Source: Dipteris shenzhenensis
Lineage: Eukaryota
Strand: one strand, 5' to 3'
Length of the DNA stretch: 64,000 nucleotides
NCBI GenBank assembly: GCA_047967505.1
Contig: CM106538.1
The notes beneath the pieces were generated by a model, which did not search any database, was not told where the DNA came from, and was given only the letters and a program-made list of their open reading frames with translations. A program made the position numbers and the translations under genes. The stretch's first letter is position 1. Each line of letters begins with the position of its first letter. Below, piece after piece: positions 62,598 to 64,000 of the stretch.

Positions 62598-63840
62598 GTG
62601 CATATATGTGTTGGCTCAGATTCAGCCTCGATTCATGCAGTGATTGTCCCCGAAGACGTCCGTGCTCTTGCCAACAAAGGCTATGTTTCGGTTTTCGGAG
62701 GTTGCCTGCTAAAAACTACAGCATCTGGCCCACCGTGTTTGATTGATGTCCCTCTTGTGTTAACATTAAGCAAAGGTGTTCCCAAAGACGGAAGTCTTCT
62801 TAAAAATTCAAAGATAAATAAGAACACCCCGAAAAGTTTGGAAACTATTTTTCACGCTGCAGCAGAACAAGCGTATGCAGAAGGTGAATACTTATTATCG
62901 TAGCTCTTTGGTATTTGGTTAATTATTATTTCACCATGCTTATAGTCAGTTTGTGCTTCTGTTTAGCCCAAAAAGAGATTAGGAAAGGTTGTGTTTTGAA
63001 GATGCATTGCAAGATTGAAACGGACATTGGGCCACCTTGGCTTGAAAGTTGAAATTTACAGCCACAACTCATCACAGGCTTTCTATCTTTTATAATACAT
63101 GTTTTTGTTACCACCTTTGAAACTAATAAGGATTTTCTTTTCGGTTTTCATTTGCAAAGTTATAAAGGGATGATCTTGCAAACCTATGGAACCATAGTTG
63201 AGCAATCTTATGCTAAGTGTGCAACTTACTTAAGAAACATACACTAGCGAGGGTAAACATAATCGTTGGTTGTTCCTCCGTCTTTGTAGATCCCCTTTTT
63301 TAAACTGAACTACCACACAATGTCAAGAATAAAAAAGAAAACTTGAAAATTTAGGCTTTTGAACAAGCTTTGCTCACATCAATTTCTACTTACTTTTTTC
63401 CAGCTAGTTCAACCTTGCCGCCTGGGATCGACCAAATCAAAGGCAAAGGCCCCCTTAACATAGAAAACATTGCAACTTTTCAAGCACAAAATATCAAAGC
63501 GGTAGTCCTCACAGATCCAAGCATGTTGCACTCAAATAGTCTCCTAAGCCGTCGATGTGGTAGTGGTAAGTTCGAACAATATTTTTTATTTTGATGTTCG
63601 TTTGGTATAATTTGTTTTCTCGGTCTTCTAATGTTTGTTAAATTATTGCAGGACGCGTTTGAGCTTGATCACTTCTCATCTCAACGGGGTAATGTTCAGA
63701 GCGCATTTGGGCGAGATCATTCTCTGGCCCATTACCTTGTCAAAGTCACAAAGCACCTCATGGTCTTTCACATCAAATTTTCTCCTCGAGGTCCTTCGGA
63801 GCTGCTGAAGTGCAAGGCATTGTCGCGCGCTATCAAATAA
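62598..63840 (+). other. Possible exons of an unidentified, probably degenerate gene
   Basis: Open frames end at donor sites (GAAG|GTGAAT 62883; AGTG|GTAAGT 63565) with acceptors at 63403 and 63651. The first junction is in phase and the second is not; no recognisable domain. Confidence 0.3.
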
Positions 63841-64000
63841 TCCAACATTACTCGGAATGCTGACAAAGTGATTTTGGTACACTGCCTAGCTCTGTTGATG
63901 CTATCAATGCTTTTGGATTGAACATTCATGACAGGGCATTGACGGTAACATCTATGTCTTTGGCAGCAGGAGAGGAGGATGTTAGTGCTATTGCGGCTAG

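Overview
Eukaryotic, TE-rich land-plant DNA; the element mix looks fern-like, which is an inference. The only clearly intact host gene is the 3' end of a CDPK-related kinase (CRK) on the + strand. Its four exons (9109-9216, 9346-9408, 34787-34954, 35090-35200) include a 25.4-kb intron. The introns hold nested retroelements: two related Ty3/Gypsy chromoviruses (one structurally complete with TSD TATTA), several L1-clade LINE fragments with TSDs, microsatellite-tailed non-L1 (RTE-X/L2-like) LINEs and a hAT MITE. There are also two kinds of ORF1-only non-autonomous LINE derivatives, one of which shares its 3' hairpin with the RT-encoding LINEs. Downstream of the gene are more LINE remnants and a strongly C-depleted tract (42.5-44.3 kb). 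From about 48 to 61 kb lies a dense cluster of decayed ORFs and long hairpins. It contains an intronless, highly divergent histone H3-like pseudogene (long N-tail, loop 1 longer by 16 aa) and a spliced gene ending in a ubiquitin-like domain that is split by an internally deleted Copia-like element. This cluster may be cargo of a large mobile element, but I could not find its termini. All alignments and counts were done by eye.
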